From the NCBI GenBank assembly GCA_965200245.1, contig CBDATS010000008.1, positions 224,001 to 288,000 of the forward strand: a stretch of 64,000 bases of DNA. The letters run 5' to 3'. A program made the position numbers and the translations under genes. Each line of letters begins with the position of its first letter. Position 1 is the stretch's first letter. This document shows, piece by piece, positions 1 to 10,183 of this stretch. A model generated the notes under the pieces. That model saw nothing but the letters and a program-made list of their open reading frames with translations. It searched no databases and was not told where the DNA came from. The DNA is from a bacterium (GTDB lineage Bacteria > UBA8248).

Positions 1-708
1 GACAAGAGAAACCTTTCGTAGTATGCGCATCTGGAGCCATGTCAACACATAAGATGAAAGGCCGACTGCAATGGTCAATCCGAGCACGATGCCGATCCAG
101 TCATCCTGCGCATCGCCGATAACATGGTCTACGAAGGCGGATAGCAATATTGGCAGGGCGAGCCCAGACAGCACCAAGAGCAGGCCGCAGATGATGGCGT
201 AGGCGAGAGCCGGACGCACGGGGTTCAGCCATGGCCAGAACTGTTTGAGCACTCCGGGAGGTGGTTCACTGGTCTCAAAGGATGGTCCCGGCTCCATTTC
301 CATGGCAACGCCGGTAAAGCATCGGTCGAATTCGTCTTCACTGATAATACGGTGTCCCACCGCTGGATCGTTCACATAGTAACGGCCGTTTTCAACCCCC
401 TCTAGGACGACAAAATGCCGGAACTCCCAGAACAGGATGAGTGGGATTTTCATTGGTGGCAGTTGGTGAAGTTCCTTGCGCCATGCCGAAGGTTGCAGAC
501 CGTAGACGCGGGCCGCCTTGACAATGTCGGCGGCGCTGGCACCATCGCGTCCGACGGCGCAAGCCTCGCGTAACTCCTGTAGCGGAACCCATTTTCCCAG
601 ATACGCGAGGATAATGCCGAGGCAAGCTGCACCGCATTCCGTGTTTTCGAGTTGCAAAAGTATAGGGGTGCGAACGCGAGCGCCGGACCTGCGTCTGAAC
701 AAGGCCAT
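1..708 (-). CDS. NHLP-type peptidase-containing ABC transporter (C39 peptidase + start of TM domain), truncated by window edge
   Basis: Not in ORF track; manual translation from ATG at 708: MALFRRRSGARVRTPILLQLENTECGAACLGIILAY...WEFRHFVVLEG...VNDPAVG. QxxxxECG, HFVV and DP C39 motifs, then hydrophobic helices; open to base 1; TAATG overlap with upstream gene. Confidence 0.9.
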   Translation of the reverse strand, partial: MALFRRRSGARVRTPILLQLENTECGAACLGIILAYLGKWVPLQELREACAVGRDGASAADIVKAARVYGLQPSAWRKELHQLPPMKIPLILFWEFRHFVVLEGVENGRYYVNDPAVGHRIISEDEFDRCFTGVAMEMEPGPSFETSEPPPGVLKQFWPWLNPVRPALAYAIICGLLLVLSGLALPILLSAFVDHVIGDAQDDWIGIVLGLTIAVGLSSYVLTWLQMRILRKVSLV

Positions 709-1625
709 TACCGAGAGGATGGTCCCGTATTGGCCAGAAGGGCCAGTGGCGATACCGTCTCCAGAATGATATGGATCCGGCAGGGCGCGGCATCTGACGG
801 TACCGTATTTGGTTGTCCAAGCATGATTAGGCGCACCATATGTAGAGGCATTCTTTCTTTCCTCTCACCTTCTGCCAAAGCTATGCGGGACAACCACGCG
901 GGTGGTAGTGACGCTCTGGGGGCTACTGTTTTTACCTCGGCAGGCACGGACTGCTGGTTGCGCAGATTGTCGATGATGACGCGCGCCCTCATACTCTTTC
1001 GCAGTTTCTGCGCCCGCGCCGGCGGAAGAAATGCCAAGATTTCCAGACCATCGTCTCCGCCTCTGCGCAGATCCGATACTGGCGTGCCGACATCCACGGC
1101 TTGTCCGACATGAAGATGAAACGCCGACACTACGCCCGAATAGGGAGCGACAATCGCGCTCGCAGCTCGGTGTGCGAGCAGTCCTACCAGCTCTTGGCGG
1201 GCCACCGCCAGAAGCCCGCCGTCGAAATTGGTACCTGGTCCGTCTTGACTGGCCTCGCGCTCCAACAAGGCGATTCTCTTCCGCAGAACGGTCAGTTGTG
1301 TATCGAGTTCTGGCAACCGAAGGCGAGCAATCGGCTGGCCCTCGGCAACTTCGTCGTTCACTCGAACCAGAATTTCCGACACGGTGCCCGTCGTTCCGGA
1401 CAGTATGGTATGACGCTCTCCCGAACGCAGGATGAAGCCGTTCGCGGTCATGCTTCGTTCCAGGCTGCCAAACGCCAACCAGACGCAAGCGGCGGCGAAT
1501 GCGATAAGAAAACCGGTCAGGATGAGCCATTCATGCGGCGCCGTAATGCGCAGCAAATCATCCAGAGGATCCGGATTTGATTGCCTGAGAATGGCACGTT
1601 CCCGAAAGAGCCCTAGCGTAAACAT
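708..1625 (-). CDS. NHLP bacteriocin system secretion protein (HlyD-like membrane fusion protein)
   Basis: N-terminal FRERA..PDPLDDLLRIT..W pattern, single TM helix, lipoyl-like hairpins (GTVSEILV..VAEGQPIA; IVAPYSGVV); coupled to C39 transporter. Confidence 0.85.
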   Translation of the reverse strand: MFTLGLFRERAILRQSNPDPLDDLLRITAPHEWLILTGFLIAFAAACVWLAFGSLERSMTANGFILRSGERHTILSGTTGTVSEILVRVNDEVAEGQPIARLRLPELDTQLTVLRKRIALLEREASQDGPGTNFDGGLLAVARQELVGLLAHRAASAIVAPYSGVVSAFHLHVGQAVDVGTPVSDLRRGGDDGLEILAFLPPARAQKLRKSMRARVIIDNLRNQQSVPAEVKTVAPRASLPPAWLSRIALAEGERKERMPLHMVRLIMLGQPNTVPSDAAPCRIHIILETVSPLALLANTGPSSR

Positions 1626-1956
1626 TGTCAGGCAAACCCGCTTTCATACATCTAGTTAGGCAGAAGTAACTATATCAAAGGATAAACTTAACAAAAAAAA
1701 AACCAATGTCAATACCGCACCATGAGTGGCTGCCAGCCATTTCCCGGTGAAAGGAGGAAAGAAGAGCCAGTCCCCATTGATTCCATAACCTTGGGAAGAT
1801 CGACGAGAATCAAGCCGCCTCCGAGAAACTCATTTCCCGGTAGAACCAAACGCCGCCTTTCTGTTGCAATTCTCTGTCCCGCCCTCTAGGATATTCTGAG
1901 TTTCCGCGAATCCGTTCCAGGAACTGTCACCCATCCAAAACCGCGAGGATACAGGC

Positions 1957-3654
1957 GTGAAATCCACATTCATTCTCACCATTGCTATCTTTACCTTATT
2001 CACAGCGAATGCGGCCCATTTTGCACGCGGCGCAGATGGGCATCTGCGCATCATTTACTGGCAGGCACCTTCCACCATGAACCCCTATCTCTCGGGCGGC
2101 ACCAAGGAGATAGAGGCCGCATCGCTGGTTCTGGAGCCCCTCGCGCGTTACGACCAAAACGGGAACATGGGGCCCTGGCTCGCCGAGCGGGTTCCCACGC
2201 TGGAAAACGGCGGTGTCTCGAAGGATTTGCGCACCATCACTTGGAAGCTCAAGAGCGGTCTCAAGTGGGCCGACGGAACAGCGGTGACAGCGAAGGACGT
2301 GGTGTTTACTTGGAAATACTGCACGCATCCCCAAGGGGGGTGTTCGCAGAGCGAGAAATACAACGATGTGAAGAACGTCGAGGCCTTGGACGCGCTCACA
2401 ATGCGTGTGACCTTCGGTATCCCAAAACCTTTTCCCTACGGGCCGTTTGTCGGCGCGCAGGCGCCTATCATCAAGGCGGCACAGTTCGCCGACTGCTTGG
2501 GCGCCAAGGCACCGCGTTGTACCGACGCCAATTTCAAGCCCGTGGGCACGGGTCCTTTCTCCGTAGCAGAGTTTCGTCCGAACGACGTCATCTCTTTCGT
2601 GGCCAACCCCAACTACCGCGACCCGGCAAAGCCGGCCTTCGCGCGTGTGACCTTCAAGGGAGGTGGCGACGCAGCGGCGGCGGCCCGATCGGTCCTGGAG
2701 ACTGGCGAGTTTGACTACGCCTGGAACTTGCAACTTGCCCCCGACGTGCTGGCGAACATGAAAAAGGCGGGCAAGGGAGTGGTCATATCCTCGTTCGGTA
2801 CGCTGGTCGAGCGCATCGTCGTGAACCTGACGAATCCCGATTCCAAACTCGGCAAGGAGCGCTCCACTGTCAAGCACCCGCATCCTTTCCTTTCTGACCC
2901 AAGCGTGCGTAAGGCGCTTTCGATGGCCATCGATAGAAAACTGCTCGTGGAAATCGGCTATGGACCCGCCGGCAGGCCGATTTGCAACATTCTCCCCGCC
3001 CCCATCATCTATAAGTCTACTGCCAACGACGGTTGCCTCAAGCAAGACATTCCCGGCGCGAACAAGTTACTGGATAAGGTGGGTTGGAAGCGCGGGCCGG
3101 ACGGCGTGCGGCGCAAAAACGGTGTGAAACTCTCGATTCTCTACCAGACTTCCACCAACGCCGTACGACAGGATTTCCAGGCTCTCATCAAGCAGTGGTG
3201 GTCCAAAATCGGTGTAGAGACAGAACTTCGCAACATCAGTGCCTCGGTGTTCTTTGGTGGCGATCCAGCAAGCGGCGACACCTTTCAGAAATTCCAGGCA
3301 GATGTGGAGATGTACGCCAACAACTTCGACGGCACGGATCCGGAATCCTACATGGCGAACTGGGCGTGCAAGGAAGTACCGAGTCCCGCTACACAGTGGC
3401 AAGGCAACAACGTGCCGCGCTACTGTGATCCTGCCTACGACGTGCTCGTCTCCAGGATGGCGCGCGCGGGCGCGCTGAAAGAACGCGCCCGCCTCGCCAA
3501 GGCCATGAACGACAAGCTAATGCAAGCTTACGTGCTCATACCGCTAGTCGACCGCGGGCGCGTATCGGCCCATTCGAAAAAGTTGAGCGGCGTGGTTCTG
3601 AACACCTGGGACTCGGAACTGTGGAACATCGCCGACTGGCGCCGCGTCAAATAG
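1957..3654 (+). CDS. Peptide ABC transporter substrate-binding protein (family 5)
   Basis: Signal peptide, LKWADGTAVTAKDVVFTW, PVGTGPF, VRKALSMAIDR motifs. Confidence 0.92.
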   Translation: MKSTFILTIAIFTLFTANAAHFARGADGHLRIIYWQAPSTMNPYLSGGTKEIEAASLVLEPLARYDQNGNMGPWLAERVPTLENGGVSKDLRTITWKLKSGLKWADGTAVTAKDVVFTWKYCTHPQGGCSQSEKYNDVKNVEALDALTMRVTFGIPKPFPYGPFVGAQAPIIKAAQFADCLGAKAPRCTDANFKPVGTGPFSVAEFRPNDVISFVANPNYRDPAKPAFARVTFKGGGDAAAAARSVLETGEFDYAWNLQLAPDVLANMKKAGKGVVISSFGTLVERIVVNLTNPDSKLGKERSTVKHPHPFLSDPSVRKALSMAIDRKLLVEIGYGPAGRPICNILPAPIIYKSTANDGCLKQDIPGANKLLDKVGWKRGPDGVRRKNGVKLSILYQTSTNAVRQDFQALIKQWWSKIGVETELRNISASVFFGGDPASGDTFQKFQADVEMYANNFDGTDPESYMANWACKEVPSPATQWQGNNVPRYCDPAYDVLVSRMARAGALKERARLAKAMNDKLMQAYVLIPLVDRGRVSAHSKKLSGVVLNTWDSELWNIADWRRVK

Positions 3655-3698
3655 GCCCGCGCGCCGCATAAGGACACAGCGAGCGAAGCGTCCGAGCG

Positions 3699-4706
3699 AT
3701 GGCGACCTACACGTTGAGGCGGTTGGTTTTCGCCGTTCCTACGCTGTCTTTCATCAGTCTTGTCATATTTCTGTTGCTCGACTTGGCGCCAAGCGACCCG
3801 ACGGCGAGTCTGCCGCTTACGATTCCGCCCGAGGTGCGCCAGAAAATCCGCGAGTCCCTGGGCTTGGGACAGCCCATCCACATCCGATATCTGTTGTGGT
3901 GCAAACAGTTTTTCATCAACGAGCCGCTGAACGTTATAGATGCACTGCTCGGCGTCTCGGGCGACTCCGGGCGGCTCCGTGTACTGAGCTGGCAGACGCG
4001 CTCCCCGGTTGTGGACTTGATAATCGAGCGCCTGCCGCAAACCCTTTGGGTCGTGGGGCTTTCCTACGTGCTTGGCGTCTTGATTGCGATACCCCTCGGC
4101 ATCGTCTCGGCATACAGGCAATACAGTTGGTTCGATCAGATAAGCACTTTCGTTTCCACCGTAGGGTTTTCGGTGCCGACGTTCTTTACCGGCGTGTTGA
4201 TGATCGTGGTGTTCTCCGTCAGCCTCGGCTGGTTTCCATCCATCTATGACACCACACATCGCGTGGTGGACTGGAGCAGCTTTCTCGTGCAGGCGCGTCA
4301 AATGGCGATGCCGGTATTCGTGCTCGCCCTCTATAACGCAGCCCAGATCGCTCGCTTCATGCGTGCTTCCATGCTTGAGAACTTAGGCCAAGACTATGTA
4401 CGCACCGCCAGAGGCAAGGGCTTGCATGAGCGATGGATTCTCTTTGTCCACGTCCTGCGCAACTCGATGATTCCCGTTGTCACCGTCATCGCACTCGGTG
4501 TGCCCCAGGTCTTTGGAGGGGCCATCATCACCGAGCAGATTTTCAAAGTGAACGGGCTGGGGCAGTTGCTCATTGTCGCCATCCAGGGGGGAGACTTGCC
4601 GACCGTACAGACACTGACTTTCATCTTCGCGGGGCTGATCGTGGGGTTCAACCTCGTGGCCGACATCCTCTACGGGGTTCTGGACCCCACCATTCGCTAT
4701 GATTAG
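3699..4706 (+). CDS. Peptide ABC transporter permease (OppB/DppB type)
   Basis: ERLPQTL, QDYVRTARGKGL EAA loop, VADILYGVLDPTIR. Confidence 0.92.
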   Translation: MATYTLRRLVFAVPTLSFISLVIFLLLDLAPSDPTASLPLTIPPEVRQKIRESLGLGQPIHIRYLLWCKQFFINEPLNVIDALLGVSGDSGRLRVLSWQTRSPVVDLIIERLPQTLWVVGLSYVLGVLIAIPLGIVSAYRQYSWFDQISTFVSTVGFSVPTFFTGVLMIVVFSVSLGWFPSIYDTTHRVVDWSSFLVQARQMAMPVFVLALYNAAQIARFMRASMLENLGQDYVRTARGKGLHERWILFVHVLRNSMIPVVTVIALGVPQVFGGAIITEQIFKVNGLGQLLIVAIQGGDLPTVQTLTFIFAGLIVGFNLVADILYGVLDPTIRYD

Positions 4707-5571
4707 CGCAAGACGCGGTGCATGGGCGCAGTTCCGCACCCACCGGGGGGCGATGATAGGGGCGGGGATTCTGATCGTTGCGGCGCTGGCTGTCACTCTC
4801 GGCCCGCTCCTTTGGACCATCGATCCGCACCTCATCGACATACGCGCTCGCAACAGGGGAATCAGTCTGGCACATCCACTCGGAGCCGACCGCCTCGGCC
4901 GCGACACCTTGGCGCGCATGCTTGCGGGCGGGCGCGTTTCACTCGCGGTGGCGGGCGCCGCCATGGGCCTGGCCCTCTCAGTGGGCGCCGTGATCGGGGT
5001 GGTTTCTGGCTACTTCAGGCGGCTGGATGGCCCGCTCATGCGTCTTGCTGACCTTTTTCTGGCGCTGCCGCTTCTGCCGCTTCTGCTCGTGATCATCGCT
5101 CTGTTTCGCGACGCCCTGCGCACTGCCTTCGGGCCCGAGACCGGTATCTTCATCCTTATCGCCTCGGTGATCGGCCTGACTTCTTGGATGAAGACCGCCC
5201 GCATCGTGCGCGGCGAGGTGCTCGCCCTCAAGGAGCGCGAGTTCGTGCTCGCTTCAGGCGCGCTTGGGGCGTCCACGGGACGCATCATCTTCCGCCACAT
5301 CCTGCTAGGCGTCGTCTCGTCCATTATGATCTCGGCAGCCTTGGGCGTAGGCGACGCCATCATCACCGAATCGGCTCTCTCCTTCTTGGGACTGGGTTTT
5401 CCGCCGGACTTTCCCACTTGGGGGAGGCTGCTCTATGACTCGACCGATTATCTCCAGCAATACCCCGAGCGCGTCCTTTGGCCCGGCCTCGCGATTTCGC
5501 TCACCGTGTTGAGCATCAACTACGTGGGCGATGGGCTGCGCGACGCGCTCGACCCCCGATCGCGGGCATGA
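4699..5571 (+). CDS. Peptide ABC transporter permease (OppC/DppC type)
   Basis: HPLGADRLGRD, EREFVLASGALGAS, GDGLRDALDPR. Confidence 0.92.
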   Translation: MISARRGAWAQFRTHRGAMIGAGILIVAALAVTLGPLLWTIDPHLIDIRARNRGISLAHPLGADRLGRDTLARMLAGGRVSLAVAGAAMGLALSVGAVIGVVSGYFRRLDGPLMRLADLFLALPLLPLLLVIIALFRDALRTAFGPETGIFILIASVIGLTSWMKTARIVRGEVLALKEREFVLASGALGASTGRIIFRHILLGVVSSIMISAALGVGDAIITESALSFLGLGFPPDFPTWGRLLYDSTDYLQQYPERVLWPGLAISLTVLSINYVGDGLRDALDPRSRA

Positions 5572-5738
5572 TCGCAGCCCGCCCGAAGCACCTTTCCGGG
5601 CGAACCTGGATGCGCTTTCATCCTTGCGCAGACGAGTGAGCTCTGGCACGATTCATCCTCGGTAGAATACTCTCAAGACATGGCAATACGCCGGTTCGAA
5701 TGTTCTGACCGGCGCCCCTTTGTACAGGAACGACCGAC

Positions 5739-6191
5739 ATGGCCGATAATCAGAACGTCACCTTCATTTGCCCCGCGTGTGGGAAGAACGAACTGCCTCT
5801 TGAGGGCGCAGGCGATCCAAACGAAATCCTCTACATCGAACTCGCGGAAATGGATACCTGCGACGAGGCGCAGACGGCGCGCTTCGTCTTTGGCGATTCG
5901 TTCACCAAAGGTTTCGGAGGCGTGGTGCGCGACGTGGACGCGGAAGGAGAGGAACGCGTGCGCTGGGTTCCCCCGAGGGCGGTGGTGGCGTATCACTTCG
6001 CGAGAAACGAAGAGCGAATCGGCTATGCAGAGCCGATGAACGACTTCTACCCCCAGCCGCTCTACCGCAATCTCTCAAAGGGCGGAGACGTGGAGAATGT
6101 ATTCGTCGCCATGGCGTTTCTACCCCACAACGAGTCCATGACGTCCCAGATGCGTGCACGGGGAGAGGCGCTTGCCAAAGCTCTGGGGTAA
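5739..6191 (+). CDS. Hypothetical protein with N-terminal CxxC
   Basis: AGGA RBS, protein-like composition, FICPACG; family not recognised. Confidence 0.55.
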   Translation: MADNQNVTFICPACGKNELPLEGAGDPNEILYIELAEMDTCDEAQTARFVFGDSFTKGFGGVVRDVDAEGEERVRWVPPRAVVAYHFARNEERIGYAEPMNDFYPQPLYRNLSKGGDVENVFVAMAFLPHNESMTSQMRARGEALAKALG

Positions 6192-6845
6192 AGAGTCGCT
6201 GAAAAAACGCTGATTTCGATAGACCCAACCGGGAAGAAGGTCCATAGCGGATAGGCTCCTGTGCCTGTCCGAGTTGCAACCTGAGGGACAGCCCCGAGGA
6301 GGGGTTGTCACTACCAAGCAGTTCAGCCTTGTTCGTCTTAGGAACGCAAGAAGTGGTCGACGCTTGGTGTCATCCTCGAACAGATTGTTATCTATTGAGT
6401 TACATGATATTTCGAACTCTCATCTAATCTCCTGGTCTCAACATGAAATCAAAACGAAAGCGGATTCATTGCAAGTGTCGCATATCACCTTGTGCCCGAG
6501 TCGGGCAAACATTCTTCCGGCCGTGACGATAGTGACAGCAACGGCTCGTTATCCTGTTCGAACACGGCAGACCCGATTCGGTGTTTTCGCGACTCGACCC
6601 AGGTGATGCAGTAGTCCCCTCTGTCATTGCCCGGACAAACAATTCCCGTGCCGGCAAGATGATGAGAAGGATGGACTCTCCCGACAAAATCACACTGGAA
6701 CAAGAAGATAAAGCATACCGCCTGGCACGATGGGTTGCCGATGTAACAGGTCCACATCATCGACCTTGAGCCTGGCAGGGTTTTCCACTCCATTTGAGGA
6801 AAAACGCTCTGCACTCCCAATCCGTTGGACGAGAAAGCAATCATC

Positions 6846-6887
6846 TGGAACGAGAGGACGGACAAGTGGAACGAGAGGACGGACAAG
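6846..6887 (+). repeat. 21-bp perfect tandem duplication TGGAACGAGAGGACGGACAAG x2
   Basis: Seen directly; encodes WNERTDK twice in a short degraded ORF. Confidence 0.9.
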
Positions 6888-7311
6888 AAAATGCAGCAAG
6901 CCCGGAAGTGGCGCAAACGGATGATCGAGCTATTGACTCACCGCATTTTCAATTCATCGGGCAAGAGAACCTCCTTCGAGTCTGTGGTACATTTGCGCCG
7001 CCACTCTGGCACCTAATCGCGTGACCATTGACAGGAGTGGTTACGTTGAAAGAGAATCACCGGCTAGATAGGTTCGTATCTGCACTGGAGAATACTCCTT
7101 GCGGAACACGAATTGATGGCAAGGCATCTGACACCGCCCGGTTTCCGGAGAAAATCGATGGCCGAAGCATATCTCCAGCGGCTTCTCGATTACGGTACCG
7201 TAAAGCACGGTTCACAGATGTTTCCAAAGCTTTATGAGGGTGGATGAGAACTGACCCATAGAAAACCAGGGGTGACGAGTTATATCCTTGCGTATAAATG
7301 GAGTGGGAAAG

Positions 7312-8164
7312 ATGAAAAACTTGCTGACCGCAGTGCTGGTTACCTTGTTGGCAACCGGAATGGCTCAAGCGCAGCAACCCGATCCCGACAAGCCCGTGAT
7401 GACCAAAGTCACTGAGGGAGTCTATCACTATTTCCACCACCACTACTCGAGCCTCGTCGTAGTTACCGACGAAGGCGTAATCGTCACCGACCCTTCAGGT
7501 GCAGCGCGGGCAGCGGTGATGCGCAAGGAAATCCGCAAGCTCACCGACCTGCCGGTGAAGAAGGTGATCTATTCGCATGATCATTTCGATCATTCGCGAG
7601 GTGGCCAGATATTCAAGGACGAGGGAGCAGAATTCATCGCTCATGAAAAATGCATTGAACTGATGAGCCGGGACCTGGAAAAACAGGTGGTTCTGCCCGA
7701 CGTAACCTATAGCGACAAGATGAGTGTGCAACTCGGCGGCAAGACCGTGAATCTACACTATTACGGCCCCAATGACGGCGACTGTATGAGCGTGATCCAC
7801 ATGCCAAGGGAAAAGTTCTGGTTGCCGTGGACTGGCATCTATAAGGCTACGTGAACGAACCCTATCGCCTCAACACGCACAACTATATCGCTATCCTCAA
7901 TACCATGAAGCGGGTCCGCAAGGAACTGGATTTTGACTTCGTGATTTCGGGGCACATGCCAAAGTCGTCGCCGGAGCAGTTCGAAGAAGATTTCCGCTTC
8001 AACTAGGCTCTGTTCAACGCCGTATGGAAAGGCAGGCAGGCAAATCGGTGGCGGAACTGAAGTGATCTGTCAAGCTGCCCGAGTTTAGCCACTGGCGTGG
8101 GTATGAACGGAATCTGCCCGCTCACGTCGAACGAATGGCCTATTCGATCTGGCATGGAAATTGA
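7312..8164 (+). pseudogene. Secreted MBL-fold metallo-hydrolase, disrupted
   Basis: Signal peptide, YSHDHFDH motif; frameshift near 7810, then continuation (..DFDFVISGH..LPEFSHWRGYERNL) with stops TAA 7842, TAG 8004, TGA 8063 and a second frameshift. Confidence 0.8.
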
Positions 8165-8709
8165 GTTTGAACGCTGGGGAGTGCGTGTACAGACGAATCG
8201 CCCGGAACTTCTCACTAAACCGATACTGAAAATCGAAGTTGGAGTCGTGCGGATATCGTGGGCGCATTTCGCCTTGTTGAGACAGGCGATCACTGATGGA
8301 GGTCAAGTCTCCTGCTCAATCTTCTGTTCAGTCCATGGAATCATGGAACATCCACATTAGGAATATTACTGCCAGAAACACCACCAGGTTATCGTTACGC
8401 ATGCTTCTCGGACCCTCCATGCCATCGCTTGTTTTGTTTGATTATCCTGGCTGAATCCTGCCATACCTTGGTAGGCGATGCTTTCTGGAACATGAGCATG
8501 GGATTTCAAAGTGACACTACGCTTCTTTGCGTGCGTGCGGGAAGTAACGTGCTCAGGACCCTGGGACTCTGGACTGGATCACGCAGGACTTCCGGCCCGT
8601 GGCGTCCGTGCCCCGAGGCCAGCCAGGTTCTGGTCTCAGAACAGATTGTTATTTCCCCGAACTTCCAAGGTGTTGATCACGCGCTTGGTGAGTCTATAGC
8701 TTTCTATGG

Positions 8710-10158
8710 TCAGTTCCCCAGTTTTTCCCGGAGTATTTCCTGTAAGGCCTTGGGGTTTGCCTTGCCTTGCGTGGCTTTCATGGCTTGGCCCACGAAAAAG
8801 CCCATAAGCTTCGTTTTCCCGCCCCGGTAGGCTTCGACTTCATCCGGGTTCGATGCGAGTACCCCTTCCACGACGCTCTCGATAGCACCCGTGTCGGTAA
8901 TCTGCCGAAGGCCCTTCTCCTCCACAATGGTCTCGGGGTCCTTTCCGCCCTCTGCCATTTCGTCAAACACGGATTTTGCGATTTTCCCGCTGATGACGCT
9001 GTCCGTAATGAGCGCAATCATCCCGGCCAGCCGCTCGGGGGATATGGGGCATTCCTCAATACCGATCTTTCGTTCGTTCAACAGGCGCAAGACGTCGCCC
9101 ATCACCCAGTTGCTCGCCGCCTTTGCTTGTTCCTTTCCGGTAACCGCGACGACCCTGTCGAAATAAGCCGCCAGTTCCTTCTCCGCCGTGAGTACTTCCG
9201 CGTCGTAGCGGGGGAGACCGAACTCCTCTCGAAAGCGTATGCTTTTTGCGTCGGGCAGTTCCGGCATTAGCGCACGAATCTCATCGATCCATCTCGCGTC
9301 CACAGTCAAGGGGACCAGATCGGGGTCGGGGAAATAACGGTAATCATGCGCGTATTCCTTTGAGCGCATGCCACGCGTCACGCCTGTGGACTCGTCCCAA
9401 AGTCTGGTCTCCTGATGAATGGCCCCGCCCGCATCCAGGATTCCGCGCTGGCGCTCCTCTTCGTATTCGAGAGCGTGCCGGAGGTTCCGGAAAGAGTTCA
9501 TGTTCTTGATTTCCACCTTTTCGCCGAATTTTTCGGACCCTGATGGCCTCAGCGAAATGTTGGCATCGCAGCGCAGGCTGCCTTCTTGCATGTTGCCGTC
9601 AGATATCCCCAGATAGCGCACCAGAGTCCTTAGTTTTCTCATGTAGGATTCCGCGTCTGCGGGGTTTCTGAGTTCGGGCTCGGAGACGATTTCCAGAAGC
9701 GGCACTCCGGCGCGGTTAAGATCGGAATAGGAATGGTTCGGGTCTCCCAGTTCGTCTCCATGAATCAGCTTGCCGGCGTCTTCTTCCATATGGATTCTCG
9801 TGAGGTTGACGCGCATTTCCCGTCCGTCATTGGTTACGAAATGAACGCTTCCCCCCACACAGATGGGATCTTCGTACTGGCTGATTTGATAGCCCTTGGG
9901 CAGATCTGGATAGAAATAATGCTTTCTGGCGAACCGGCATACCGGCGCAATGTCCGCCCCCACGGCCAGCCCGAGTTTCAGGGTGAATTCCACGACCTCG
10001 CGGTTCAGAACGGGCAACACGCCGGGCAGCCCGAGGTCCACCGTGCAAGTGTGCTCGTTCGGGTTGCCCCCGAACGCGGTGCTCGAACCGCAGAATATCT
10101 TGCTTTTCGTGTTCAACTGGGCGTGCACTTCGAGGCCGATCACTGTTTCGTATTCCAT
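8710..10158 (-). CDS. gatB: Asp/Glu-tRNA amidotransferase subunit B
   Basis: MEYETVIGLEVHAQL, YFYPDLPKGYQISQY, HMEEDAGK, GSLRCDANIS, YRYFPDPDL. Confidence 0.97.
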   Translation of the reverse strand: MEYETVIGLEVHAQLNTKSKIFCGSSTAFGGNPNEHTCTVDLGLPGVLPVLNREVVEFTLKLGLAVGADIAPVCRFARKHYFYPDLPKGYQISQYEDPICVGGSVHFVTNDGREMRVNLTRIHMEEDAGKLIHGDELGDPNHSYSDLNRAGVPLLEIVSEPELRNPADAESYMRKLRTLVRYLGISDGNMQEGSLRCDANISLRPSGSEKFGEKVEIKNMNSFRNLRHALEYEEERQRGILDAGGAIHQETRLWDESTGVTRGMRSKEYAHDYRYFPDPDLVPLTVDARWIDEIRALMPELPDAKSIRFREEFGLPRYDAEVLTAEKELAAYFDRVVAVTGKEQAKAASNWVMGDVLRLLNERKIGIEECPISPERLAGMIALITDSVISGKIAKSVFDEMAEGGKDPETIVEEKGLRQITDTGAIESVVEGVLASNPDEVEAYRGGKTKLMGFFVGQAMKATQGKANPKALQEILREKLGN

Positions 10159-10183
10159 CGTCTCCCTCAATCGAAAATATAGT

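Noticed and set aside
6846-6887. Direct repeat as possible CRISPR
   Set aside because: Only two adjacent copies, no spacer, no cas genes; no CRISPR array seen in the window
8063-8065. TGA in the MBL gene as possible Sec
   Set aside because: TAA, TAG and frameshifts occur in the same gene, so it is a pseudogene
8300-8700. Possible degraded IS1595-like transposase on the minus strand (..AWRVREAC..)
   Set aside because: Similarity is limited to a few residues, with no terminal repeats or catalytic motif recognisable
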